A stretch of 64,000 bases of DNA from an uncultured delta proteobacterium (GTDB taxonomy: Bacteria; Desulfobacterota; Binatia; DP-6). The stretch is taken from NCBI GenBank assembly GCA_963815115.1, contig CAWFFN010000009.1, forward strand, positions 1,376,001 through 1,440,000. Reading direction: 5' to 3'. The notes beneath the pieces were generated by a model, which was given only the letters and a program-made list of their open reading frames with translations, did no database searches and had not been told where the DNA came from. Below are positions 45,477-55,695 of this stretch, one piece after another. Position 1 is the first letter of the stretch; every line of letters begins with the position of its first letter. Position numbers and translations under genes: made by a program.

Positions 45477-48400
45477 GTGATCGACGCTAAGACCCCAACT
45501 TCCGCGAAGAGTCCGAAGGGGGGCGGCATTCCGCGCGAACGGACATCGCTGCTGGTCGTGGTCATGGGTTTCGCGGCAGCGGCGCTGGCGGCCAGCGCTG
45601 CCGGCGGCGCGGTCCAGCGTCGATGCATCGCCGGCAAGATCAAGTGCATCTCGACGGCAGCGGGAGCGCTGCTGACGTGCGAGCAGAAGGCGGAGCAACC
45701 CGGAAACTCGACAGATCCGAATGACAAGGGGTGTGTCGAAAAGGCGACGTCGAAGTTCGACGGCGACGGCGATCCGGCCAAGAGCTGCTTCGGGAAGCTC
45801 GAGAGAAAGCGCAAGAGCGACTGCGTCACGATTGACGACCGCGTTCTGGCCGGCGCGCTGGCCCAATCCTGTGTCGCTGGCCTCGTGGCCGCCATAGACC
45901 CGCCGCCGCTCGATCAGACGAAGTGTGGCGTCGGCAAGAAGAAGTGCATCGCCACCGCCCTGAAGGGTCTCCTCGCCTGCCACCGGAAGTCCGCCACGCC
46001 TGGGGAGTCGCCCGACCCGAACGCCAAGGGATGCCTCGACGAGGCGCGAGCGAAGTTCAGCGGCGGGGCCGAGCCGTCCAGGGGCTGCTTCGTCAAGCTC
46101 GAGCGCAAGTCGAAGAACGATTGCATCCCGCCGCTCGGAAACGCCGGCGCCGTGGAGGCCATCGCCGAGGCGTGCGTCATGGACATCGAAGCGCTGCTCG
46201 ACGGCGCCACGACGACCTCGACGACCGTCACGACGACCTCGACGTCCACGACGACGCTACCGCCGTTCATTCACATCGATGGGCGCGTCCTGTCGGTGGC
46301 CGGGACGCCAATTCCCAAGGCGGACGTTCGCATCGGACGGTCACCGATCGTGACCACGGCTGCGAGCGACGGATTCTTCGTTGCCGACGTGCCCGTCGAT
46401 GAGATGACCGGCGATGTGCTGCTCCTCGAGGCCCACGCGGATGGATTCACCGATGGACTGGTGAAGATTCCGGGCGACGGGAGCGCCGCCTCCGTGGTCA
46501 CCGTGACGCTGCAACGTGTCGCCGTGGACATGACGGCCGACGACCCGGACATCGGGATCGTGGCCGAGACCTCCGATGCCAAGCTGACGATTCCCGGCGG
46601 GGTGCTCCCCACGTCGAACCCGGTACGCGTCGAGTTCACGCCGCTCGATCCGACCGGTCCCGAGATCGCGGCGTTCCCCGGTCGGGACTTCCTGGCGGGC
46701 GCGGCCGCCACTGCCGCCAACAACGGGACCGGCCGTACCCTTCTCGAGAGCCTCGTCCTCGCGGAGGTCCGGGTCACCGATCTCGTGAGTGGCACGCCGG
46801 TCACGGATCTCCGCGGGCTCGCCACCCTCGAGCTGAGGCTCCCCGACGCCGTGCAAAATACCGTCGAGGCCGGGGGGCGGGTGCCGTGGTGGTTCTTCGA
46901 CGAGCGCGCGGGCGTGTGGCTGCAAGACGGGGAAGCGGAGATCTTCATCGGTCCCGACGGGGCGAAATGGGTCCGTGCGACGGCCCGGCATTTCACCTGG
47001 TGGAACGCGGACAACCCGATCGAAACGCACACGTGCTTCAAGGCTCGCTTCGTGCGTGCGGCCGACGGCGCTCCTCTCGGTGACCTTGGTGCGTTCGCCG
47101 AAGGAGTGACCTACGTCGGCAGCTCGCCCGCCCGGTACACAGGCTACGATACGGCCGATGGCGAGACGGCCTGCTTCACGGTCAAGCGAGGTGGACCACA
47201 GGCCCAGTCAGTGCGGATAAGCGTCGTCGAGGGGGGCAGGCGCGGGTACCTGCGCGACACGGGAGGTGGCGTGTACGACGTCGTGGACGACCCCGCCTCG
47301 GCGACGGCCTTCGACGATCCGGCGGTTGCCGCGAGCTGCCTGTGGAACCTCGACACGGCCGACTGCGAAGACCTCGGCACCCTTCGCGTCAATCTGAACC
47401 GGGGTCCCGTCCTGTCGGTGACTCCCAGTGCGTCGATCGCCTGCCCCTCCCGACCCACGGTGACCGTCGACGTGCTGGCGACCGATCCCGAAGGGGATCC
47501 TGTCACCCTGACGTTCACACCGACGGGAGGGACGTTTGCCTCGCCCGTCTGGACGCTGCCGGCCACACCGGGAGTCTACGAGCTGCGCATCGACGCCACG
47601 GACGCGCTCGGCGCAACCTCCTCGCGAACCGTCTCGGTCCGGGTCGCACAGAACTGTCCTCCCGAGATCACGAGCTTCGACGTTCCTGCGCTCATCGACC
47701 CGAAAACCACGCCGGTGGTGATGCTGTCGGCGACGGCGACCGATCCCGACCCGGGCACGGTGCTGGTGTACACCTGGCGGATCGGAGCAACGGAGCTCAT
47801 CGGACCTGCCGTAACCTGGCCCGTGCGTGGCGGCGGGGGAGTGTCCGTGAGCGTCTCCGTGTCGGATGGCATCGACACGGTCTCGCGCTCGACCTTCATC
47901 CCGATCCTCAACGCCTCGCCCATCGTCAGCGCCTTGACGGTCGACCCCGCCGTTCTGACCTGCACGACGACGCAGGCGACGATCACGACGACTGCCTCGG
48001 ACCCGGATGGCGACCCTCTCACCTATGCCTGGAGCACGAATCTTGGAACCATCGACCAGGTCGATGCGCCCACGACCACCTGGTCGCGCCCCGCGGCTCC
48101 GCAGCTCTTTGCGTCGATCAATCTCGTCGTGAGTGATCCGTACGGCGGCTCGGCGAGCCGCTACGTGTTCCTGACAGTACCGAACGACTATCCCCGGGTG
48201 ACGATCAGCGCCGATCGCGTCATGGTGTCCCCGGGCGACGTGGTCATGCTCAGCGCCGTCGCGAGCGACGACGGCACGATCGTCAGCTACCAGTGGTCGG
48301 CACCGGCAGGTACCTTGATCCCGAACGGCGCTAGCGCGACCTGGACGGCGCCAGCGTTTCAGGTGAGCCTGCCGTACTATATCAGCGTGACGGTCACCGA

Positions 48401-49550
48401 CGACTGTGGCGCAACGCGGTCGGCATACACGCGCATCGACGTGGTCAGCGTGTCGACGACCTCGACGATAACTTTCCCGACCACGACCAGCACCACGACG
48501 AGTACCACCACCACCAGTACAACCACCACCAGTACGACACTCACCACGACCACCACCTCGTCGACGACCACGACGTCATCCACGACGACGACCACGTCGA
48601 GCCCTACCACCACGACGCGGCCACCTTCCACGATCCTGGAGTTCACTTTCGGCACCGCCGGTGGAACCTGCGGTCGGACGCTGAACGGTAGCTTCATGAC
48701 GATCGGGAACCTCACCTGTGGCACCCTGCGCATCGGAGGTGGCACGTCCGCGGCCCCCGAGTTCCCCCTGGCCGACGGGACGACGAGCCGGTTCTCGCTC
48801 AGCTGCGCCGGCTCGAACTGCACGATCGGCCCGATATCCACCTCCCCCTCCGTCAACACGGCAATGCCCGACTGCACCGACACCGGCTGCTTGCTCGGCG
48901 CGCCGCTTCCGATGCCGAATCCCGTGTCCCCCGCCCTGAGCGCGTGCGCGTTGAACACCTGGACCGCTCCCGCCAGTGGCACGGTCAATCTCGCCGCAGG
49001 CGACTCGACGTTGACTGCCCTGCTCAGCGCCGACGTGTATCTCACCGGCAATCTGACCCAGCCGTGTCCTCGCTGCACGGCCGTCGGTACCCCCACGAGC
49101 CCTGGCTTTGGAACCTGCGACCGCGGCCCGCGCGCGGGATTGGCGTGCACGACGACGAACTCGGCGGGACTGACACGCGACTGCCAGACCGGCGGTGCGA
49201 GTCCCCCAACGAAGCCGTGCACACCCGGGGGCGGCCTCTGCATCGACGGGACGCACGTTGGCCAGCTTCCTCTTGGGGGCCTGCTGGCTACCGGGGTAGT
49301 CGCGACGACGGCCGCCAGCGGACTGTTCTGCCCGGGCCAGTCCTTGGAAGGATGCTTCGGGAGTGCGGCATGTCGGGAAATCGAGCAGGATGGATCGCCG
49401 GCGGGCGGTCTCACGCCAGGGGTTTCGGCTCCCGTGGTGCTGGTCTCCAACCTCTGCGTGCCGGCGAGCGGTAGCGCGCAGGTGAACGCCTCGCTCGGCC
49501 TGCCCGGCCCCGGTACGATCTCCCTGGCTGGCCAGTTCAAGTTGAACTGA
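45477..49550 (+). CDS. 1357-aa secreted multidomain surface protein (duplicated Cys-helical N-repeat, carboxypeptidase-regulatory-like, Ig/PKD repeats, Thr linkers, Cys-rich C-domain)
   Basis: Signal peptide, two GKxKC..LLxC..K..PG..DPN.KGC..KF.G..CF.KLERK repeats, DPDGDPLTYxW Ig-like repeats and poly-Thr tracts. Confidence 0.85.
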   Translation: MIDAKTPTSAKSPKGGGIPRERTSLLVVVMGFAAAALAASAAGGAVQRRCIAGKIKCISTAAGALLTCEQKAEQPGNSTDPNDKGCVEKATSKFDGDGDPAKSCFGKLERKRKSDCVTIDDRVLAGALAQSCVAGLVAAIDPPPLDQTKCGVGKKKCIATALKGLLACHRKSATPGESPDPNAKGCLDEARAKFSGGAEPSRGCFVKLERKSKNDCIPPLGNAGAVEAIAEACVMDIEALLDGATTTSTTVTTTSTSTTTLPPFIHIDGRVLSVAGTPIPKADVRIGRSPIVTTAASDGFFVADVPVDEMTGDVLLLEAHADGFTDGLVKIPGDGSAASVVTVTLQRVAVDMTADDPDIGIVAETSDAKLTIPGGVLPTSNPVRVEFTPLDPTGPEIAAFPGRDFLAGAAATAANNGTGRTLLESLVLAEVRVTDLVSGTPVTDLRGLATLELRLPDAVQNTVEAGGRVPWWFFDERAGVWLQDGEAEIFIGPDGAKWVRATARHFTWWNADNPIETHTCFKARFVRAADGAPLGDLGAFAEGVTYVGSSPARYTGYDTADGETACFTVKRGGPQAQSVRISVVEGGRRGYLRDTGGGVYDVVDDPASATAFDDPAVAASCLWNLDTADCEDLGTLRVNLNRGPVLSVTPSASIACPSRPTVTVDVLATDPEGDPVTLTFTPTGGTFASPVWTLPATPGVYELRIDATDALGATSSRTVSVRVAQNCPPEITSFDVPALIDPKTTPVVMLSATATDPDPGTVLVYTWRIGATELIGPAVTWPVRGGGGVSVSVSVSDGIDTVSRSTFIPILNASPIVSALTVDPAVLTCTTTQATITTTASDPDGDPLTYAWSTNLGTIDQVDAPTTTWSRPAAPQLFASINLVVSDPYGGSASRYVFLTVPNDYPRVTISADRVMVSPGDVVMLSAVASDDGTIVSYQWSAPAGTLIPNGASATWTAPAFQVSLPYYISVTVTDDCGATRSAYTRIDVVSVSTTSTITFPTTTSTTTSTTTTSTTTTSTTLTTTTTSSTTTTSSTTTTTSSPTTTTRPPSTILEFTFGTAGGTCGRTLNGSFMTIGNLTCGTLRIGGGTSAAPEFPLADGTTSRFSLSCAGSNCTIGPISTSPSVNTAMPDCTDTGCLLGAPLPMPNPVSPALSACALNTWTAPASGTVNLAAGDSTLTALLSADVYLTGNLTQPCPRCTAVGTPTSPGFGTCDRGPRAGLACTTTNSAGLTRDCQTGGASPPTKPCTPGGGLCIDGTHVGQLPLGGLLATGVVATTAASGLFCPGQSLEGCFGSAACREIEQDGSPAGGLTPGVSAPVVLVSNLCVPASGSAQVNASLGLPGPGTISLAGQFKLN

Positions 49551-49713
49551 GGGTCGCCCGTCGCAACCGAGCCGTGAGAATGGCCGGCTGAATCGGCTGA
49601 CGCGGGAGCCCGCAATCGTCGCGTGACCTCCGCCACGCCACTGGAACCCACCCCGTGGATGTGACAATCTAGCCTGTCCGAGCGGACGGGTTCCTGGGGC
49701 AAAGGAGGAGGTC

Positions 49714-50121
49714 ATGGGGAGGACGGCCACCGCGCTGGTCGGGTTCGCCGGCTGGTTCGCGTTGCTCAGCATCGCGCTCGGCCTCTATCGCGTTGCGCTC
49801 GTGCTGGGCAGGAGCAAGGCGGTCAACACGTTCGCCACCGACGGGCAGGATCTCGATCCGCTCGGTCATCGGCTGACGCGCGCTCGCAACAACTGCTACG
49901 AGACGCTGCCGGCGTTCGCGGCGCTGGCGCTCGGCGCGAGCATCGGCGGCCGTCTCGATGTGACGGATCCGCTCGCGATGTGGGTGCTCTACGCCCGGAT
50001 CGGACAGTCGTTGACCCACATCGTCTCGACCAGCGTGCCCGCCGTCCAGCTGCGCGCGGTCTTCTTCTTCGCCCAGATCCTGATCTACCTCTGGTGGGCG
50101 GCGCGGCTTCTCGGCTACTGA
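49714..50121 (+). CDS. MAPEG family membrane protein
   Basis: RLTRARNNCYETLP and YARIGQSLTH motifs, with an AGGAGG RBS. Confidence 0.85.
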   Translation: MGRTATALVGFAGWFALLSIALGLYRVALVLGRSKAVNTFATDGQDLDPLGHRLTRARNNCYETLPAFAALALGASIGGRLDVTDPLAMWVLYARIGQSLTHIVSTSVPAVQLRAVFFFAQILIYLWWAARLLGY

Positions 50122-50241
50122 GCGCGGGGACGGAAGCCCGGAACGGGCACGGATCGCCGGCCGAGGGACGCCGTCCCATCGTCTCGTGCTCCCCTCGCCG
50201 ATGCCATTGACAGCAGTGGCGCACCCGGCGACAAGCCGGCC

Positions 50242-50794
50242 ATGCGCCCGATCGTGCTGACCCTGCTTCTCTGGCCGGCGCTCGCGGCCGCCGGCGTGCT
50301 GAACGTCGAGTTCAAGTTCACGCCCTTCACGGGGGACGCCGCGAAGGCGGACCACGTCGAGTCCGTCGCCGGACAGGCGCGCGTGCTGCTGAACGGCGTG
50401 CCCCATACCGATCAGCCGGCTCGCGAAGCTGGTGGCGGACCGCGTGGGATGGTTCGTTCCGCCGTACGATGCGATCTACAAGGCCCTCGACGCGCAGCAG
50501 GGCGTGAAGACCGCCGAGGTGCGCAAGGCGAAGTGTCTCGATGCCGCCCACGCCGCCGGCGTGCGCTTCCCCGCGCCTGCCGCCGACCAGCTCGAGTTCC
50601 TCACGCCTGGAGGTCCCGAGGTGGTGGTGCAGCGCAAGGACGGGACGCCGCTCTACATGCCGGACGAGGCGGCCTTCGCGAAGATCAAGGGGGACGAGAA
50701 GCAGATGTGCGCCAGCGTGGCGCTCATGGTGGCGTTCCCGCCGCGGCTGGTCGTCGTGAAGACGCCGGAAGGGGCGTGGCAGAGCGTTTCCTGA
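50242..50794 (+). CDS. Secreted hypothetical protein, split by a frameshift or internal deletion near 50410
   Basis: Signal MRPIVLTLLLWPALAAA, then coding-like sequence switches frame to ...ADRVGWFVPPYDAIYKAL...WQSVS*. Confidence 0.55.
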
Positions 50795-51698
50795 GACCGC
50801 GGTCCCAGGGCGGGATGCCGGCGAAGCGCGCGACGAGGAAGTCCACGAAGGCGCGCACGGCCAGGGGCACGTGGCGGCGAGTCGGTTGCAGCACCCACAC
50901 CGCCGGATCGCCGTCGAGCTGATCGGGAAGCACTTCCTCGAGCCGGCCCTCGCGCAGGTCGTCGGCGACCAGGAACGTCGGCAGGAGAGCGATGCCGCAG
51001 CCGTCCAGGGCGAGGACGCGCAGCACGTCGCCGTTGTTCGACATCACCGGCCCGTGGACGCGTACCAGCCGGCGGCCGTCGCGGGTGCGGAACGGCCAGT
51101 CGCAGCCCGACGCCATGTAGGCGTAGCCGATGCAGCGATGGCCGGCGAGCTCGTCGGGCGTGGCCGGCGTGCCGTGGCGGGCGAGATACCCGTGAGCGGC
51201 GCACAGGACGCGCCGGCTGGCGCACAGGCGGCGCGCGACCAGCGACGAGTCGCGCAGCTCGGCGACGCGGACCGCCACGTCGAACCCCTCCGCGAGGAGG
51301 TCGACGAAGCGGTCGTCGAGGACGAGGTCGACCTCGACGTCGGGATTGCGCGCCAGGAACGCGCTCACCACCGGGCCGATGTGGCGCTGGCCGAAGCTCA
51401 TCGGGGCGCTGACCCGGACGCGGCCGCGCGGCGTCGCCTGGCGCTCGGCGACCTCGCGCTCGGCGTCCTCGAGGTCGGCGAGGATGCGCTGGCAGCGCTC
51501 GTGGAAGCGCTGGCCCGCCTCGGTGAGGCGCACCTGCCGCGTGGTGCGGTGGAGGAGGCGGACGCCGAGCCGATCCTCCAGCGCGCGCACCTGCTTGCTC
51601 ACCGCCGCCACCGACAGCCCCAGCGCCCGCGCCGCACCGGCGAAGCTCCCCGCCGCCACCACGCCCTCGAACGCCGGGATGCCCGCGAGCCGGTCCAT
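50724..51698 (-). CDS. LysR family transcriptional regulator (divergent from pirin)
   Basis: GSFAGAARALGLSVAAVSKQVRALEDRLGVRLLHRTTR and DLLAEGFDVAVR. The 3' end overlaps the convergent gene, so the end is uncertain. Confidence 0.93.
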   Translation of the reverse strand: MDRLAGIPAFEGVVAAGSFAGAARALGLSVAAVSKQVRALEDRLGVRLLHRTTRQVRLTEAGQRFHERCQRILADLEDAEREVAERQATPRGRVRVSAPMSFGQRHIGPVVSAFLARNPDVEVDLVLDDRFVDLLAEGFDVAVRVAELRDSSLVARRLCASRRVLCAAHGYLARHGTPATPDELAGHRCIGYAYMASGCDWPFRTRDGRRLVRVHGPVMSNNGDVLRVLALDGCGIALLPTFLVADDLREGRLEEVLPDQLDGDPAVWVLQPTRRHVPLAVRAFVDFLVARFAGIPPWDRGLRKRSATPLPASSRRPAAAGTPP

Positions 51699-51789
51699 GA
51701 GCCCTCCGCCGCACCGTCAACCTCGCGTCAACGGTGCCTTGCCGGAGAGCCCCCTTACCATGACCGCGGCCCGGGCCTAAGAAGCGGTC

Positions 51790-52491
51790 ATGATCACGGT
51801 ACGACCGGCAAAGGAGCGCGGGCGGACGCGGCTCGACTGGCTGGACAGCTGGCACAGCTTCTCGTTCGGCGACTACTACGACCCCGCCCACATGGGGTTC
51901 GGCCCCCTGCGGGTCATCAACGACGACGTCGTGGACGCCGGCCGGGGGTTCGGAACCCATCCGCATCGCGACATGGAGATCCTCACCTGGGTGCTCGACG
52001 GCGAGCTCCAGCACCGCGACAGCCTCGGCACCGGCTCGGTGATCCGTCCGGGCGAGGTGCAGATCATGAGCGCGGGCACCGGCATCCAGCACAGCGAGTT
52101 CAACCCGTCGCCGCTGGAGCCGGTACGCCTGCTGCAGATCTGGATCCTGCCGGAGCAGCGAGGCCTGCCGCCGCGCTACGACCAGCAGGAGGTGGCGCTC
52201 GAGCAGGGTGTGCTGCGCCAGATCGCGGCCCGCGAGCCCGAGGCCGGCGCCGTGCGTCTCTTCCAGGATGCGTCGGTGCACGCCGCGCGGCTCGCAGGCG
52301 GGCAGCGTGTCGAGCATGCTCTCCGCACCGGACGGACGGCGTGGGTACAGGTCGCACGAGGCGCGGTCCGATTGGATGGAACCTCGCTTCGCGAAGGCGA
52401 CGGCGCCGCGGTCACGGGGCAGGATCGGCTCGCCATCCAGGCCGATGGCGACGCCGAGGTGCTGGTGTTCGATCTGTCGATGCGGCACTGA
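51790..52491 (+). CDS. Pirin family protein (YhhW-like)
   Basis: HSFSF, LRVINDD, GFGTHPHRDMEI, HRDSLG, MSAGTGIQHSE and LQIWI motifs. Confidence 0.95.
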   Translation: MITVRPAKERGRTRLDWLDSWHSFSFGDYYDPAHMGFGPLRVINDDVVDAGRGFGTHPHRDMEILTWVLDGELQHRDSLGTGSVIRPGEVQIMSAGTGIQHSEFNPSPLEPVRLLQIWILPEQRGLPPRYDQQEVALEQGVLRQIAAREPEAGAVRLFQDASVHAARLAGGQRVEHALRTGRTAWVQVARGAVRLDGTSLREGDGAAVTGQDRLAIQADGDAEVLVFDLSMRH

Positions 52492-52517
52492 CACCGCCGT
52501 GGTAGGGTGTGGGCGCG

Positions 52518-52928
52518 ATGCGCGCCCACACCGACTACCTCTGGTTCAACACGACGAAGCGCCACGAGCTGGTGAACATCACCGACCGCGTGGCCGAGGT
52601 CGTCGCGGCGTCCCGGGTGCAGGAGGGCATGTGCCTCGTCTCCGCGATGCACATCACCGCCGGCATCTGGGTGAACGACGAGGAGAGCGGGCTCAAGCAC
52701 GACGTGATGGAGTGGCTCGAGCGGCTCGCACCCAGAGGGGACTACCGCCACCACCAGACGGGCGAGGACAACGCGGACGCGCATCTGAAGCGCACCCTGA
52801 TCCATCATCAGGTGATCCTGCCCGTCACCAAGGGCGCCCTCGATCTCGGTCCCTGGGAGCAGGTGTTCTACGCCGAGTTCGACGGCCGGCGGAAGAAGCG
52901 CGTGGTGGTGAAGATCCTCGGCGAGTGA
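52518..52928 (+). CDS. yjbQ: YjbQ/UPF0047 family protein
   Basis: [26 protein letters not shown] motifs. Confidence 0.9.
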   Translation: MRAHTDYLWFNTTKRHELVNITDRVAEVVAASRVQEGMCLVSAMHITAGIWVNDEESGLKHDVMEWLERLAPRGDYRHHQTGEDNADAHLKRTLIHHQVILPVTKGALDLGPWEQVFYAEFDGRRKKRVVVKILGE

Positions 52929-52946
52929 CCCGTCCCCCGGAGGCGC

Positions 52947-54083
52947 ATGATCGACGGAGAGTGTGATTCCCGGTTCGCGGCGGTGCGGGACACGTTCGCG
53001 GCCAGCTTCGCGGCCGGCCGCGAGGTCGGAGCGTCGTTCGCGGCCACGATCGGCGGCCGGCTGGTCGTCGATCTGTGGGGCGGCCACGCCGACGCGGCCC
53101 GGACGCGGCCGTGGCAGCGTGACACCATCGTCAACGTCTTCTCGACCACCAAGGCGATGACGGCGCTGTGCGCGCACCTCCTCGTCGACCGCGGCCTCCT
53201 CGACCTCGATGCGCCGGTGGCTCGCTACTGGCCGGAGTTCGCCGCGGCCGGCAAGGAGGCGCTGCCGGTGCGCATGCTGCTCAGCCACACGGCCGGTCTC
53301 GCGGCGGTCCGCCCGCGCATCTCGCTGGACACGGTCTACGACTGGGACCGCTATGCCGCCGTCATCGCCGCCGAGGCGCCGTGGTGGGAGCCCGGCACCG
53401 CCAACGGCTATCACGCCCTCACCTTCGGCCATCTCGTCGGCGAGCTGATCCGTCGCATCAGCGGCAAGAGCGTGGGGCAGTTTCTCCGCGACGAGGTGAC
53501 CGGGCCGCTCGGTGCCGACTTCCACGTCGGACTGCGCGCGTCCGAGGAGAGCCGCTGCGCCGAGATGATCGCACCGACGATCGCGGAGGAGGCGGCGGCC
53601 GGAGTTCCCGATCCGCCGCCCGGCTCGCTGCGCGCCAAGGTGTTCGGCAACCCCCCGCTGCACCCCGCGAAGGCCAACACCAGCGCGTGGCGCCGCGCCG
53701 AGATCCCGGCCGCCAACGGGCATGGCAATGCGCGCTCGGTGGCACGCGTGCTGGCCGCGCTCGCCTGCGGGGGCGGCGTCGACGGCGTGCGCCTGCTGAG
53801 TGCCGGTTCGATCGCCCGCGCGATCGAGCCGCAGGCCTACGACCGCGACCTCGTCCTCGGCTTCAAGATCAAGTGGGGACTCGGCTTCATGCTCACGAGC
53901 GCCGAGCTGCCGCTCAGCCCGAATCCCCGCGCGTTCGGGCACGGCGGGTGGGGAGGATCGCTCGGCTTCGCCGACCTCGACGCGGGGGTCAGCTGGGCCT
54001 ACGTGATGAACAAGATGGCCCCCGGCACGGCGGGCGACACTCGTGGGGGCTCACTGATGGCGGCGCTGTACGGCGCGCTCTGA
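52947..54083 (+). CDS. Serine hydrolase/esterase (beta-lactamase family, EstB-like)
   Basis: SxxK in FSTTK, plus LLSHTAGL, GYHALTFG and FGHGGWGGS. Confidence 0.93.
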   Translation: MIDGECDSRFAAVRDTFAASFAAGREVGASFAATIGGRLVVDLWGGHADAARTRPWQRDTIVNVFSTTKAMTALCAHLLVDRGLLDLDAPVARYWPEFAAAGKEALPVRMLLSHTAGLAAVRPRISLDTVYDWDRYAAVIAAEAPWWEPGTANGYHALTFGHLVGELIRRISGKSVGQFLRDEVTGPLGADFHVGLRASEESRCAEMIAPTIAEEAAAGVPDPPPGSLRAKVFGNPPLHPAKANTSAWRRAEIPAANGHGNARSVARVLAALACGGGVDGVRLLSAGSIARAIEPQAYDRDLVLGFKIKWGLGFMLTSAELPLSPNPRAFGHGGWGGSLGFADLDAGVSWAYVMNKMAPGTAGDTRGGSLMAALYGAL

Positions 54084-54097
54084 CCCGGAGGAACTGC

Positions 54098-54517
54098 ATG
54101 GAAGACGTTGCCCGACCACGCGATCGATGGGTCACGGTGCTGGCGGTCCTGATGGGACTCACCGCGCTGTCGAACTTCTGGAAGCCCGTCGCACAGACGA
54201 TGGCGCCCGGGAGCGACGCCGGGTTCGTGTTCTTCGGCACGCGTCTTCACGGCGTGGCGAACGCCGTCATGGGCCCGCTGTTCGGCGTCCTCCTGGCGGC
54301 CTATGCCTACGGAGCGTGGACGCTCCGGCGCTGGGTCGTCCCGCTCGCCTTCGCCTACGCGGGCTACGTGATCGTCAACCTGCTCCTGTACACGGCGAAC
54401 ACGCCTGCGGAGCAGATGCCGCCCATGCTCGGGATGATCGCGTACGCCGCGGTCGCCATCGGCGTCTCTGCGGGCGGCGCGTACCATCTCTGGAGCCGGC
54501 GCGCAGCGCTCCGCTGA
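54098..54517 (+). CDS. Hypothetical 4-TM membrane protein
   Basis: GGAGG RBS and four hydrophobic helices. Confidence 0.75.
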   Translation: MEDVARPRDRWVTVLAVLMGLTALSNFWKPVAQTMAPGSDAGFVFFGTRLHGVANAVMGPLFGVLLAAYAYGAWTLRRWVVPLAFAYAGYVIVNLLLYTANTPAEQMPPMLGMIAYAAVAIGVSAGGAYHLWSRRAALR

Positions 54518-54541
54518 CGGGCCGGCTCCGCTGTCGGCGCG

Positions 54542-55000
54542 CTAGCGTCCGATGGTCCAGAGCGAGAAGATCGCGCTGGCCCCGCCGCACACGGCGAGCC
54601 CGATCCGGTCGCCCAGCGAGAGGCCGCGCTCGGCGGCGACGTCGGCCCGCGCGCCGAGCCGGCGTTCGCGGGCGATCAGGAACAGCGGGAACGTGACGCT
54701 GATCGCGATCAGCAAGCCGAGGATCACGTAGAGCCAGGGCAGGCGGACGTCGAGCCGCCGCGCCTCCACGACCATGAAGATCGCCGCGGCGAGGAAGAAG
54801 AGACCCAGGTCGACGGTGATCGAGGTGCTGGCCGGGCTCGCGAGGGTCTCCGGCCAGAACCGGCCGGTCGCCAGCACGAATCCGAGCAGCCAGCCGTCCT
54901 GAGCATGGAAGTACGAGACGTTCTGACTCCACGTCCCGATCAGGGCGAGGAGCGCGATGGCGCCGTAGACCCAGCACAGGAGCATGCGAGCGCGCGTCAT
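54542..55000 (-). CDS. DUF2834 membrane protein
   Basis: SITVDL, EARRL and IAISVTFPLFLIARE motifs. Confidence 0.8.
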   Translation of the reverse strand: MTRARMLLCWVYGAIALLALIGTWSQNVSYFHAQDGWLLGFVLATGRFWPETLASPASTSITVDLGLFFLAAAIFMVVEARRLDVRLPWLYVILGLLIAISVTFPLFLIARERRLGARADVAAERGLSLGDRIGLAVCGGASAIFSLWTIGR

Positions 55001-55093
55001 GCCACCTCGTACCACGGCTCGGGACGGCGCGTGAATCGAGGGTGCGGCTCCGCCCGTCGCGTTCGTGCGACCGTCCCGATCCGTTTCGGCGGG

Positions 55094-55501
55094 TCAGCCC
55101 GGGTAGCGTTCGAAGGCGGGCACTCCCTCGGGAAGCTGATGGAACGTCTGCTTGTCGATGGTGAAGATCACCATCTGCGGCGCGCCGAAGACGCCGGGAT
55201 CATCGAGCGTCCCGACCTTGATGAGCGCCGCTCCCGGCAGCGCCGCCGTCCTGGTCGTCAGGTGCGTCCCGCACTCGCCGCAGAATTCACGCGTCACCGG
55301 GTTCGGGATGTCACTCCGGCGGAACTGCTTGGGCGCGCCCTTGACGTACGAGAAGCCCGAGTCGGGCATCCCCATGACGACGTTGGGATGGCCGCCGGAG
55401 ATGTACTGGCATTCCCGACAATGACACTGGCCCTTGAAGAGCGGGTCGCCCGCGGCCTGGTATCGGACTGCCCCGCAGTAGCATCCGCCTTTCACTTCCA
55501 T
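55094..55501 (-). CDS. GFA (glutathione-dependent formaldehyde-activating/CENP-V) family protein
   Basis: GGCYCGAVRY, CHCRECQ, FCGECGT and GTLDDP motifs. Confidence 0.93.
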   Translation of the reverse strand: MEVKGGCYCGAVRYQAAGDPLFKGQCHCRECQYISGGHPNVVMGMPDSGFSYVKGAPKQFRRSDIPNPVTREFCGECGTHLTTRTAALPGAALIKVGTLDDPGVFGAPQMVIFTIDKQTFHQLPEGVPAFERYPG

Positions 55502-55695
55502 GACGTCCTCCGTTTCTGGCGTGCGCTCATGCGGCGCACGCCGTCAAAAGGCTTTTTCCCGACGAAGGACCCTAGCACCGCTGCGAAGCGTTCGCATACC
55601 ACCCGGCGATCTCGTTCGGGATCGAGGGAGCTCCGGCTGCGCGGCGCTTCACTCGACCTCGTGCGTCGATCCCGCTACAACGAAGCAATCCCCGG

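Noticed and set aside
48455-48620. ACC/ACG tandem repeats (also 43735-43835 and 46208-46258) as a possible array or CRISPR
   Set aside because: They encode in-frame poly-Thr/Ser linkers and have no repeat-spacer structure.
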